Assembly (NCBI GenBank): GCA_964016885.1
Contig: OZ024751.1
Location: 6,448,001 to 6,512,000, forward strand
Length of the DNA: 64,000 nucleotides
Direction: 5' to 3'
DNA from: Eledone cirrhosa
Lineage: Eukaryota
Both the position numbers and the translations under genes were made by a program. Within the stretch, counting starts at the first letter, position 1, and every line of letters starts with the position of its first letter. This document shows positions 40,026 to 57,331 of this stretch, one piece after another. Under the pieces are notes generated by a model, which did no database searches, was not told the DNA's origin, and was given only the letters and a program-made list of their open reading frames with translations.

Positions 40026-40029
<4 letters not shown>

Positions 40030-40072
40030 CGTTTCTGAATTTATTGGCAACATGACCCTCCCAAAGTATAAC

Positions 40073-40075
<3 letters not shown>
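40026..40075. mobile_element. 50-bp remnant of family A PLE termini inside (TA)n
   Basis: ATTTCGTTTCTGAATTT (as at ~6913) fused to ATTGGCAACATGACCCTCCCAAAGTATAACA (as at 10706-10736). Confidence 0.75.
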
Positions 40076-40103
<28 letters not shown>

Positions 40104-40185
40104 GAGGTGAGTTTTATTGTAGTACAATAAAGCAATGCAGATATCGGATAAGAAGCACTCTACAGTTTGTAGGACTGGAGTATAC

Positions 40186-40518
40186 ATAATATAAGATCAA
40201 AAGATGGTTAAAGGAGTTCCATGTATTTTATTATGCGCATTTCAAAAACAAACATCATCATGCAATAATATTTGTGTTTTCATCAGATAAAATAGGAGAA
40301 CATGATATGAAGGCTAAAAAACACTTGTGGATAGTGCAGTTTTAAATCAACATATGATATGTTGATTTAAAACTGCACTATCCACAAGTGTTTTTTAGCC
40401 TTCATATCAAGTTCTCCTATTTTATCTGATGAAAACACAAATATTATTGCACGATGATGTTTGTTTTTGAAATGCGCATAATAAAATACATGGAACTCCT
40501 TTAACCATCTTTTGATCT

Positions 40519-40526
<8 letters not shown>
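40186..40526. repeat. 341-bp near-perfect palindrome with two inverted HHRs
   Basis: Arms mirror around 40356 with about two mismatches. Confidence 0.93.
40418..40488 (+). ncRNA. Type I hammerhead ribozyme (mirror copy at 40224-40294, minus strand)
   Basis: TATTTTAT-CTGATGA-AAACACAAATA..TGTTTGTTTTT-GAAA-TGCGCA-TA-ATAAAATA; 8-bp stem I, palindromic stem III. Confidence 0.82.
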
Positions 40527-40593
<67 letters not shown>

Positions 40594-40789
40594 CTTTATA
40601 TATACATGTACATCTATATATATATTTTGTATATACGTATTCATATATATATATATCCCATATATATATATATATCCATATATATTCATATATATATACT
40701 TATACACACACACACCCACACACTCACACATACGCACTCACACATACACACACAAACACACACATATAGTAGTACAGACAGAGTCTGTA

Positions 40790-42706
40790 ACTTATCAACT
40801 TTTTCCGGGACTGGGGATTTAAAATCACCCTAGAAACGTCCCTAACCCGAGTAAATTTCCTGGACGTTACCCACAACCTCAAAAATGATCTGTACTACCC
40901 ATACAGGAAACCAAACGACAACCTGCGCTACATCCACCGCCGCTCTAACCATCCTAGAAACATCACAAAAAACCTGGTTAAAATCATCTCCCTCCGCATA
41001 TATCGTTTGTCCGCTAATGAGCAGATATTCGACGAATATCCGCCTCATTACAACTAGGCCCTCAAGCGGAGTGGCTTCCGGAAGGAAATATCCTTTTATC
41101 CAGCTTCCGTTAGCGGAACCAGCAGGCGACGCCGCCGCTCTCGCCACGTAACGTGGTTAAATCCTCCCCACCATGCCGAGGTGGCAACACCTATCGGGAA
41201 AATCTTTTTAGGCTACTCGAAAAACTCATTCCACCTCCAGACCGCTACCACAACATAATAAAAAAAACACTATCAAGCTATCCTACAGCACCGCACCTAA
41301 CTTCGCACAAAAGATCGTCTCCTCAAACAACAACAAACTCAACCCCTATGGAAGAAACCACATAGAAATTAGTGGAGAGCCGATCAGGAGGTGTAACTGC
41401 CCTGATAGATCTACGTGCTCCCTCAACAACAGATGCCGAGAACGTAACGTGATCTACCAGTGCAACGTGAGGACGGACACCTCCAACAAAGCTTATAAAG
41501 GATTAACCGCTTGCGACCTTAAGACCCGGCTCTAGCAACACCGACATACGTTCCGAAACCCGGTCCGGCGACATGCCACCAAAATTTCGGGCCATATCTG
41601 GGACCTCCAAAATAATAATATAACTTACCATCTTATTTGGAGCATACTGTCCAGAGCTAATTATTACACGGGAGGACGCCCTCCATGTAACTTATGCTCG
41701 GAGGAAATGAACTGGTAACTGCACCGGGTGGGTAAACTAGGGCTGAAAAACCCCACTTGGCGAATAAGATAGGGAAAACCCCTAATTATATAGGTAGATG
41801 TACCTCTTTTCTTTTCCTCTATGTTTTATCCTTCCCTTTCTGTCCTGCTGTCACTTCTTTCCACCACCGAACTTCTTCCTCGTTCGTTTCTTTGCTTTTT
41901 CCCCCTTTCGCCTACCCCGAGGCAGCCCATCGGGTCTCTTTAGCCTCAGTGCTACCAACCCAGTAACTTACAGATAGCATTCGCCGATTACGCTATACTA
42001 ACTATTCATATCAGCTGTGTTAGACCCCAGAGATGTGTTATTAATTTCTACATTTCAATAATTCCCATCTAGCAACTCATTCTATAGCATTGGCCGAAAT
42101 AGCAACACCAACTAAATATAGCAGCTGTGTTAGACTCCTCAGTTTTTGTTTTATTTCACTTCTCACTTTCCAATCTTACATTCTGATACATCTTTCTCTC
42201 ATTTTTCATTTTTTATTATATTCTTTTTTTATCATATTTTTCATTGTCCCCTAATCGCTTTTGATTTACTATTTCTATAACGTCCCTCCTCCACTTTCTA
42301 AAGAAACCTTTTTTCGCCAACCTCCTTTGGCCTACTTTCATACACATTCCTTAAAATTTGCCGTTTTGATTTCACCTCTCCGCTTGACCGGCTCTACCCA
42401 CTCACCTATCGTTCTACAGGCAAGTTCAGCACCCACTGCCATGATATACTTTTCTGTGTCTGCTACAAATGTTGACTAATCCTCTTGACAACGACAATCT
42501 TCCCATATAAGGAAGTACCCCTTGAAAAGTTCGGCTATATATTTACCAAACTAAAACATCTCTTACTTTAGTCCAGCAATAGCCGTCGAAACGGCTTGAG
42601 CTCTGCCGTCGGCGTCATACTTTCTCCTATTACCCACTCTACTAACCTAAGTATTGAGTACTCTGGTGCGTTATGGTCCATCTGGTTCCTGTCCACAACT
42701 CCTTCG

Positions 42707-42710
<4 letters not shown>
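40790..42710 (+). mobile_element. Penelope-like element family C, 5'-truncated, degenerate
   Basis: FLDVTHNL, YRKPNDNL, SNHP, CNCPDRSTCSLNNRC, NVIYQCNVRTDTSNKAY; closely similar to the reverse complement of 54706-55560. Confidence 0.85.
42517..42615 (+). ncRNA. Type I hammerhead ribozyme, U3-A8 core, full stem III (family C)
   Basis: ACCCC-TTGAAAA-GTTCGGCTAT..ATAGCCGTC-GAAA-CGGC-ttgagctct-GCCG-TC-GGCGT. Confidence 0.72.
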
Positions 42711-42738
<28 letters not shown>

Positions 42739-42803
42739 GTTATTCCGGGTTGAATCGGAGGTAACCACAGTAAGTAAGGTACTCAATACATTGCAGAGTA
42801 TAA

Positions 42804-47904
<5,101 letters not shown>

Positions 47905-48470
47905 TAATAATAGACAAGAGTTAAAATGTCCTCTTCAGTAGTCCGCTGATTATCGTTGGTATTTAGACGTATTAAAGACTAGATGCCGAAAATCAGTGCG
48001 AGCGATAACTCATTAAGTCAGCGGGACAATGGCAAAACAGAGGGTACGGAACAAACACATGGTGGTATGCAACGTAAAGAGAGCAAAATAGAGACAAGTC
48101 AATGAATCCTGTGGGCTTAAGCCCGACATATCAAATTGCCGAGGGGAAATAGACACGTCCGAGCCGCGAGAAGATTGAGAGACGAAATAAATTCAAGCAG
48201 GTCAGACGGGAGGAAGTGAGAAGGAAGAGAAGCAGAGAGAGAGAGTGAGTGAAAGTGGGAGGAAGGGCCAGCCGTGAGTGAGTGACCAGCAGCGGGAGTT
48301 GAGGAAGGCAAGAGGTGAAGGAGAGAGAAAGGGTGATAGAAGTAAAGTGACTGAAAAAATACGAACCACAACGAAGGGAAACAATATGTGAATGAAGAAT
48401 GGCGTGCTCCGTTGTTGAGAACATGAACACAAGAATAAAAATAGACAAGGGTTAAAATGTCCTCTTCATA
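47905..48470 (-). mobile_element. Non-coding repeat bounded by short direct repeats, loosely related to the 50780 family
   Basis: AATAGACAAG.GTTAAAATGTCCTCTTCA at ~47908 and ~48440; GA-rich body similar to 51100-51360. Confidence 0.45.
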
Positions 48471-48502
48471 TATATATTTATATATATTCATATGTCTCTA
48501 TC

Positions 48503-48547
<45 letters not shown>

Positions 48548-48548
<1 letters not shown>

Positions 48549-50658
48549 AGGGAAATATTTCTAGGGATGGATTTAATTATAGAGGGTGGATGGTTAGAAC
48601 GCTTATTTACATATTTAAGGTTTTCATTTAGTTTATGGAACGGTTTAATCGTTTCTGTATTGAGATTCAAAGTAACATCAAGAAAATTAACCTCTTTGAG
48701 GTTATATTCAAACGTAATATTTAATCTTAGTTCCTTAAAAAGCTTTCTAATATTTTTACGCATCCTTTCTAAATTCTGGTTATTCATATGCTTAACTAAT
48801 AGGAGCGCATCGTCACGGTAGATTCCACCGTGGAGATCCTTGAATGTTCACTGTAGTCTATGAATGATATAAATTTCCACAAGATCAGTTACTTCCGCCG
48901 AATCATTGGAACCCATATTTATATCAAAATTAGAAGGTCTATCTTTGCGAACCCAGTAGCTATCATCACATTTAACAATAGTTTTCCTCGCTTCCATAAT
49001 AATACTAATTACATCATCCGTAAGGTTGGAATTAGCCTTAGCGAACGAAAGAGCTTCATGCAGAGTATCAGGTGAAATTGAAGAATAATAGTCATCAATA
49101 TCGAACTGAATAAATGTTGATTTCTTCTCATCAGTAATGCTATTAAACCATCTTATTGCCTCGTGGGTGTTACCCCATAGTTTAATATCTACTTTAGCCT
49201 TAACGTGGGGGATAATTCTGTCTAGTATATATTTGCTAATTTTGCCTGTATCAGATTTAGAGGGGCATATATGTCTAATTTTAGGGTTAGTATCGAAGTT
49301 TACCTTGTGGTCCTTCAGGTTGAAGGATGGTGTAGCTGGTGTTAAGGGTTGCGTTCTATCGTCAATACAAAGTTTTTTAACAATTTCACATGCCGAGTTG
49401 TTGATGTTTTTAAGTATAGCTTCATTAGTTTTCTTGTATTTTTTATACAATTCCTTATGTATGAAGTTATTGTAAGTGTCCACGTAAAACATCGGCTATA
49501 ACATCACAAAACAACAAACAACATCCCGTCCTGCCTAAGCAACCTCATCAACCCATCCATGGCAATACAACAACGCAAAATTATAACTGTAACTGTGTCC
49601 AACCAGGAATGTTTCAGTTGAACAATCAGTGCCTTGAAGGCAACATCATACACAAATGTACTATCGAATCGGTTAGGCAGAAGTGGGGTCTACAGCTACC
49701 TCATTCAAATCTCGCCTTTATAGACATCGTTACTCGATAAAACATGAAAACCAGCGTTATGTAACAACACTCGCAGACAAGGCTTGGCAGCTGCGCGAAA
49801 ATAACCAACAATTTAACCTAACATGGGATATAATAGCCGGTCGAAAGGACAGCATGGTCGAAAGGACAGGAATTTTGTAAATTGTGTAATATGGAATTAT
49901 TTTGTATTATGAAATCCAAAAACATTTTATTAAATAACAGAATAGAGCGATCGTTATACTGTAACCATCGCTTGAAATCTACATTTTCATATTACAAACG
50001 CTACCAGGATTGAACGCCTGTCTCCATCTCCGTTTGATTGTCAAAATACATATTAACATTCTCTATTAATCTTAATTCCATCAAATCTTCTATTCTTTAC
50101 CATTTAATATAAACTGCTATAGATAAAATGAGATTTCTGATTTCTTAATTCAATTCCCTAATGCATATACCAGCAGGCTACCAACATTGTTGTTATACAG
50201 TAGCAGTGAAAATCTCCCTCTTCCCTAATTAACACTTTATATCTATTCATACTACTACACCAAACGACCAGCCCTGGCCATTGTTCAATTGGTCAAGTAT
50301 AGATTAAAATAGGCACTCCCAAAAATTCTTATTTAGATAAAATAAGCCATATACTCATTGTATTCTCATTAGAAACCTTCTATATACTTGTTGACCAGTA
50401 AATTGAATTGCCATCTGTCATATACTATCCCCTCTCTTCTTCCTTCCTTACAACTAATATACATACTTCAATTTTTCTGATTTTTTCCAATTTATCCAGT
50501 ATCTCTGAAGAAGTGACAACTGATTATACATTTGCTATCGAATACTTGCTAACATTATATGATTACGCAAGCAGCGATACATAGGTATTCCGTCTGTTAC
50601 AGAAACATATGTCAATACCTAATAAATTCCTTTATAAAAGCACTTTCATTTTATGTTC

Positions 50659-50660
<2 letters not shown>
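48548..50660. mobile_element. Penelope-like element family B with internal inversion
   Basis: RT N-half on minus (48548-49492: FNLKDHK, FIQFDIDDYY, GIYRDDA, NFLDVTLNL); GIY-YIG and 3' region on plus (49495-50013: CNCVQP, CLEGNIIHKC, LNNRIERSLYCNH). Confidence 0.85.
50498..50618 (+). ncRNA. Type I hammerhead ribozyme with long stem-II insertion
   Basis: GTATCT-CTGAAGA-AGTGACA-(~76 nt)-TGTTACA-GAAA-CATATG-TC-AATAC; palindromic stem III CAUAUG, GUC triplet. Confidence 0.65.
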
Positions 50661-50714
<54 letters not shown>

Positions 50715-50779
50715 TGTACACATATGTATATATATATACATATATATATACATATATATAAATATATATACTTATATAT

Positions 50780-52064
50780 ATATGATAATAATGGAGCTGC
50801 GGCGTTGCAAATGGGTTACATATGAACAAGTTTGTCCTTCATCCAACCGTCGTAGGCATTTCATCGCTTAAAGGCCATATACTTCAGGTTGGTGCGAGCA
50901 ACGGCTAAAAAAAGTCGTTGGGACACGTAAATAAAGGGGACGCTAGGGTAAACAAACAAAATGGTTTAAGCAACAGAAAGTGATGAAGAAGAAAGAAACA
51001 AGTCCCAGATTTCTATGAATATAAATTCAGTGGAATCGTGAACGAGAGAATAAAGACCATCAAACCTGGTTGAAATGTGAGCAAGGAAGGAATTTCGCAC
51101 AGGTCTAACGGGAGGAAGAAGGGATCTGGTCTGCGAATTCGGTGAACATAAGTTCTGTGAAGTCGCAGACGAGAGAGAGAGAGAGAAAAAAATTCATACT
51201 GGCTTGGTCAAGAGTGCGCGAGAAAAGGATTATGGACAGGTCAAACGGGAAGAAAAGGGAGGAGGAGAGGTAGTGACAGAGAATGAGTGAGTGAAAGGTG
51301 AGGAAGAGGCTAACAGAGAGAGAGACTGCTAGAAAGGGTAAAGATACACAGAACGAAACAGACGCGTAGCAGCAGAGGAAAAAATATATGTGTAAATATG
51401 ATAATAATGGAGCTACGGCGTTGCAAATGGGTTACATATGAAAAAGTTTGTCCTTCAACAGTGGCCTTCCAACCGTCGTAGGCATTTCATCGCTTTAAAG
51501 GCCATATACTTCAGGTTGGTGCGAGCAACGGCTAAAAAAAGTCGTTGGGACACGTAAATAAAGGGGACGCTAGGGTAAACAAACAAAATGGTTTAAGCAA
51601 CAGAAAGTGATGAAGAAGAAAGAAACAAGTCCCAGATTTCTATGAATATAAATTCGGTGGAATCGTGAACGAGAGAATAAAGATCATCAAACCTGGTTGA
51701 AATGAGAGCAAGGAAGGAATTTCGCACAGGTCTAACGGGAGGAAGAAGGGGTCTGGTCTGCGAATTCGGTGATATAAGTTCTGTGAAGTGGCAGACGAGA
51801 GAGAGAGAGAAAAAAAAAGTCATACCGGCTTGGCCAAGAGGGCGCGAGAAAAGGATTACGGAGAGGTCAAACGGGAAGAAAGGGGAGGAGGAGAGGTAGT
51901 GACAGAAAATGAGTGAGTGAAAGGTGAGGAAGAGGCTAACAGAGAGAGAGAGAGACTGGTAGAAAGGGTAAAGATAAACAGAACGAAACAGACGCGTAGC
52001 AGCAGAGGAAAAAATATATGTGTAAATATGATAATAATGGAGCTGCGGCGTTGAAAATGGGTTA
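50780..52064 (-). repeat. Tandem ~620-bp non-coding units (two plus a partial third) between (TA)n tracts
   Basis: ATATGATAATAATGGAGCT.CGGCGTTG recurs at ~50780, ~51396 and ~52026; units are highly similar. Confidence 0.88.
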
Positions 52065-52112
52065 TACATATATATAATATACATATATATATATGTACAT
52101 ATATATACACAT

Positions 52113-52150
<38 letters not shown>

Positions 52151-52155
<5 letters not shown>

Positions 52156-52498
52156 AAAGTTCTATTTAAATTGTTGGGATGCAACAAGCAAATATTTTTA
52201 TAACTGATATAAAGCACTCAACAAATATTTGGAGTAAAAATACGATATTAACAATTGGAAACTATATTTATAAAACCATATTTATTTCATTATACATATT
52301 TCAAGGACACCAAGTTAAATTATGGTGTGCTTTCATCAGATAAAATATAATATAGAGCTGTTTTATAAATAAATATCGATATACCCTTAAAGAATGCAAC
52401 CATTACATTTTTGCTCCAAATATTTGTTGAGTGCTTTATATCAGTTACAAAAATATTTGCTTGTTGCATCCCAACAATTTAAATAGAACTTTTACATA
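52151..52498. mobile_element. Family D fold-back unit: ~90-bp terminal inverted repeats around an HHR (52283-52347, minus)
   Basis: 52151-52241 is the reverse complement of ~52408-52497; minus strand ATTTTAT-CTGATGA-AAGCACACCA..TGGTGTCCTT-GAAA-TATGTA-TA-ATGAAAT. Confidence 0.8.
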
Positions 52499-52569
52499 TA
52501 TTCTGCTCCTTTATTGTCGAGCGCTTTATATTATAACTGAAAAATGGAATTCTTTAAGATCTCTTCTAC

Positions 52570-53343
52570 TCTAATAAATGAAGATATTCACATAATCAAA
52601 ATAAATGCTTTATTATATATATTCTTTCGAAGGTAATATGTTGTTTTTTCAGTACGTCCTCATCAGATAAAATACATGATTTGATATATGACATACCTTT
52701 ACGGTCTTGATAGCTCAATTCCTGTATTAGCAGTGATTTATTACATCAAATCTCAACATTTATATACCACAAATAATACTATGAAAAACTTAAAGAAGAA
52801 AAGGACGTGGAGCGAATTATAGATATAAGTGAGGGTGTAAACAAGAGCTCATTAGTTTGGACTGGATGTTATGGTACCAGCATAATACCAAAACCTGCCA
52901 GATAGTCCTATACGAGCGAGACATGGTCACCCGGCCAATCTTGCCTCAAGTGGGACAATTCCCGTCTAACCCATGCTAGCGTGGAAGATAGACGTTAAAC
53001 AAAGAAGAGAGGGAGATAAGGAGGCAAAGCGAGGTCGGGTAGCTAAATTAGTGGTAGGTAGGGGTGGTTAGTGGATAGTGGTGTCAGTCAGGGGCTAGAG
53101 GCAGAAGGGTGGGGAGTTCAAACCGAGACGGTGCATGATTATAGCTGGAGAATCGTGTGTTGCTCAGCCCGCAGTTGAGCATCAAATGATCCACAGCATG
53201 CAATCAGGCGGCAGACGTTCAAATTGCGAGCGGAATGTCCGGTGAGGACGTACTGAAAAAACAACACAGTACCTTCGAACAATATATATAATAAAGCATA
53301 TATTTCGATTATGAGAATATCTTCATATATTAATATTTTGAAT

Positions 53344-53350
<7 letters not shown>
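52570..53350. mobile_element. Non-coding unit with ~100-bp terminal inverted repeats and a degenerate HHR
   Basis: 52575-52662 is inverted at 53243-53335; the whole unit is repeated inverted at 58490-59280. Confidence 0.7.
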
Positions 53351-53400
<50 letters not shown>

Positions 53401-53491
53401 CAAAGGAAATATGGTAAGGAACCAGGTGGACCATAACGCACCAAAGTACTCAATACTTAGGGTAGTAGAGTGGGTAATAGGAACGAGTAGG

Positions 53492-53588
53492 ACCCCGACG
53501 GCTGAGCTCAAGCCGTTTTGACGGCTAATTCTGGACTAAATAAAAATTTAGATTTTTTATATTTGAATAGCCGAGCTTCTTAGGGAGT
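53492..53588 (-). ncRNA. Family C HHR, core mutated (probably inactive)
   Basis: Minus strand core CTAAGAA and AAAA instead of GAAA; stems intact. Confidence 0.55.
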
Positions 53589-56311
53589 AATTCCATATAT
53601 GGTAAAAGTGATTGTCACAAGGATTGGTCAAAAGTTTTTTGTTGAGACATAATAATTCTATCATGGCAATTTGTGGAGGGAAGAGGTAGCTGAACCTGCA
53701 AGTAGAAGAAAGAGGGAGAGGGGGGTGGAGGAAACCCAGTCGTGGTGTGTTGATAGGGCCAACTACAGCTGGGCATGAGGTCAAAGAAGATACTAGGGGG
53801 GGGGGGTGGAAGTCGAAACAATATGTAAAACAATATCGGGTAAATATATAGAGAAATACCGGGAGTGTTAAAAAACAATTAAATATAAAAATAAAAATAA
53901 AAAATTGTGCTTACTATAACCTAAGGACAGCTATCAATTCTCTCACTGGTACTGCTAGACTAAAGAAAGGTTTACTAGGTGGGACGGAATTATAATAAGA
54001 CCCTTTTAAGAGGTATAAGTAAACAACCGAATATATCTTACGGTGACGGGTCAACAAGTGGGGGGCCAAAATACCTAAGAAACTACCACGAACTAATAAT
54101 TCAGAGTCCCCAGACCAGTACGAAATAAAGGTTTCTACCCCAGGCACAAGGCCAGCAACCTCCCAGTGCAAGAAAAAAAAAAAACTAATACGAAATAATA
54201 ATTCAGAATCCCGAAAAAGAAAATGAATACTATCTCTAAGGGTGCCGCCACGATACAAAAATTCTAGTGCAAACTACATACATGCTCGTACGAAGTATAT
54301 GTAAAATTTGATACGGAAAATTAATTCAGAATCCCCCCCCCCCAAAAAAAAAATACTGATATACGAGAAATTAAAGCAAAGAAATATAGAAAGCACGGAA
54401 AAGGGGCTGCCATCGGATAAGAAGGCAAGTATCCGGGGTCTAACACATCTGTTATAAAAAGCGGCATCGGCCAAATCTATCATAGAATAGGGCAAGGGGT
54501 GGGGGTACTGAGGCTACAAAGGACCGAGGGGCTGCCTCGGGTGGGCGAGAAAGTAAAAGGACGATGACAAAGAAAGAGGATTGGGGTGGAAGGACTAGGG
54601 AGGGATGGGGGAAGAAGGAAATATAGAGGAAGTGATAAAAAGATATAAAAGAAGATCTTAGGTCTACCTTTGCAAGCAGGGCTTGCAAAATCGGTAAGTG
54701 GGGTGTTATAGCCCTAGTCTACCCCCCGGGTCATTATGGGGTTTGAGGGCGAGGTAAGTCTTACGCAATCTGTGTTTACATGCAGTTACCAGTTCATCTT
54801 TCTTGTTTAGGAGTTGGTCCGTCGAAAACAGCATTTGTAAAGTTTCCTCCGAGCATAAATTGCACAGACGGCGCCCTCCCGTGTAAGTGTTGGCTCTGGA
54901 CAGTAAACTCCAAGTGAGATCAAAGGTAATATTGTTATCCTTGAGGTCCCATATGTGGCCCGAAAGTGTAGTGGCGTGACGCCAGGCCGGGTTTCGGAAG
55001 GTATGTCTGTGTTGGTATAGCCGGCACTTGAAGTCACATGCGGTTAATCCTATATAAGCTTTGTTGGAGGTGTCTGTCCTCACGTTGCACTGGTAGATCA
55101 CATTACGATCTCTGCATCTGTTGTCGAGGGGGAAAATGGATCCATCAGGACAGTTGCACCTCCTGGTCGGCTCTCCACTGCTATTTAGGTTATTTCTTCC
55201 ATAGGGGTTGAGTTTTTTGTTGTTAGAGGAGACGATGTTTTGTGCAAAGTTTGGTGTGGTGCTGTAGGAGAGTTTGGTGGTATTTTTGTTAATTATGTTG
55301 TGGTAGCGGTGTTGTAGTGGGAAGTGTTTTTCAATGAGCCCAAAGAAGATTTTCCCGATAGGAGTTGTCACCTCGGCGTTGTGGGGAGGATTAAACCATG
55401 TTACGTTGCGTGAGCGGAGGTGTCACCTGCTGGTTCCGCTAATGGAAGCTGGACAGTAGGATATTTCCTCCCGGAAACCACTCCGCTTGAGGGACTGGTT
55501 GTAATAAGGCGCATGTTCTCGAATATCTGCTCATTAGCTGACAAACGAGATATGCGGAGGGGGATGAATTAATTTTCCGTATCAAATTTTACATATACTT
55601 CGTACGAGCATTTATGTAGTTTGCACTAGAATGTTTGTATCGTGGCGGCACCCTTAGAGATAGTATTAGGTTTTTTTTTCTGGATTCTGAATTATTATTT
55701 CGTATTAGTTTTTTTTTTTTCTTGCACTGGGAGGTTGCTGGCCTTGTGCCTGGGGTAGAAACCTTTATTTCGTACTGGTCTCGGGACTCTGAATTATTAT
55801 TTCGTGGTAGTTTCTTTAGTATTTTGGCCCCCCATTGTTGACCCGTCACCGTAAGATATATTCGGTTGTTTACTTATACCTCTTAAAAGGGTCTTATTAT
55901 AATTCCGTCCCACCTAGTAAACCTTTCTTTAGTCTAGCAGTACCAGTGAGAGACTAGATAGCTGTCCTTAGGTTATAGTAACCAGAAATTGTTTTTTTTT
56001 GTTTTTGTTTTTTTTACATTTAATTGGTTTTTAACACACCCGGTATTTCTCTATATATTTACCCCATATTGTTTTACTTATTGTTTCGACTTCCTCCCCC
56101 ACTAGTATTATCTTCTTTGACCTCATGCCCAGCTGTAGTTAGCACTATCAACGCACCACGACTGGGTTTCCTCCACCCCCTCTCCCTCTGTCTTCTACTT
56201 GCAGGTTCAGCTACCCCTTCCCTCCACAAATTGCCATGATAGAATTATTATGTCTCAACAACAAACTTTTGACCAATCCTTGTGACAATCACTTTTACCA
56301 TATATGGAATT

Positions 56312-56408
56312 ACTCCCTGAGAAGCTCGGCTATTCAAATATAAAAAATCTAAATTTTTATTTAGTCCAGAATTAACCGTCGAAACGGCTTGAGCTCAGCC
56401 GTCGAGGT
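56312..56408 (+). ncRNA. Family C hammerhead motif
   Basis: ACTCC-CTGAGAA-GCTCGGCTATTC..GAATTAACCGTC-GAAA-CGGC-ttgagctca-GCCG-TC-GAGGT. Confidence 0.6.
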
Positions 56409-57085
56409 CCTACTCGTTCCTATATATATAATTTTTTAAAAACCATCTTGCTACGGGTTCTTTCTTTTCCTTTCTCCTTTCCTTTCGAAATATGTATGGC
56501 GGAATGTATACGAAGGCGGTGTCCTACTAATGTTACGCTAAATATCCCCATGATTGTTTTTTTTTTTTAATTCCCTCAATACATTATTTATGATGAATGC
56601 CGCATACAGCATAATTGCGGGTGTGTACCTGACCGATGTAGACTAAGGCCCCTAGGGGCAATGAAGACGACGAAGTGATGCTAGAGGTTCAACATTACAT
56701 ACCCTCTCCCACCACAGTAGTAATCCTGATACATGAAGATGTTTTGATTGACAGGTGGAGAACGAGAGGAAGCAAGAAGTGGGCAACCATGAGTGGCTAG
56801 AAATACCGGTGACGTGTACAATTCTTCACCACTCATGGAATGACAACAACAGAATCTAAATCAATAAACGAAGGAATTCGATGTTAAAGGACTATAGGAA
56901 AATCTGCTTCGTAGAATCGAGACATATCTGACGACTGTGTTGATTTCAGAGTCAGGTTTGATCACCATATCGATCCTACCTCGAGCTGATCGACCGAGAA
57001 TCATTTGTAATGTGTCCAATAAATTCCTTTCGTCGCAACACTGATTCGCCTATGTGTGTGTTATATATGTATATATGTATATATG

Positions 57086-57133
<48 letters not shown>

Positions 57134-57138
<5 letters not shown>

Positions 57139-57331
57139 CATTTTGCAATACACTGTATGCTTAATAAAAAGCATTTTGAAGACCTTATGCTATTGTTTTA
57201 GACTAGTGACAGCTTTTTATCCCCCTGTTTGCTGAAATTAAGGTAAGTGAGTCTGTCACTACTCTAAAACAATAGCATAAGGTCTTAAAAATGCTTTTTA
57301 TTAAGCATACAGTGTATTGCAAAATGCACTA
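57134..57331. repeat. Inverted repeat (~78-bp arms, ~40-bp spacer) inside (TA)n
   Basis: TAGTGCATTTTGCAATACACTG..TAGTGACAG / CTGTCACTA..CAGTGTATTGCAAAATGCACTA. Confidence 0.9.

Larger units (their letters stand above)
53400..56421 (-). mobile_element. Penelope-like element family C with inverted 5' pLTR
   Basis: ORF 54706-55371 (LIEKHFP, CNCPDGS, NVIYQCNV..AYIGLT); 53475-54325 is the reverse complement of 55567-56421. Confidence 0.88.
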
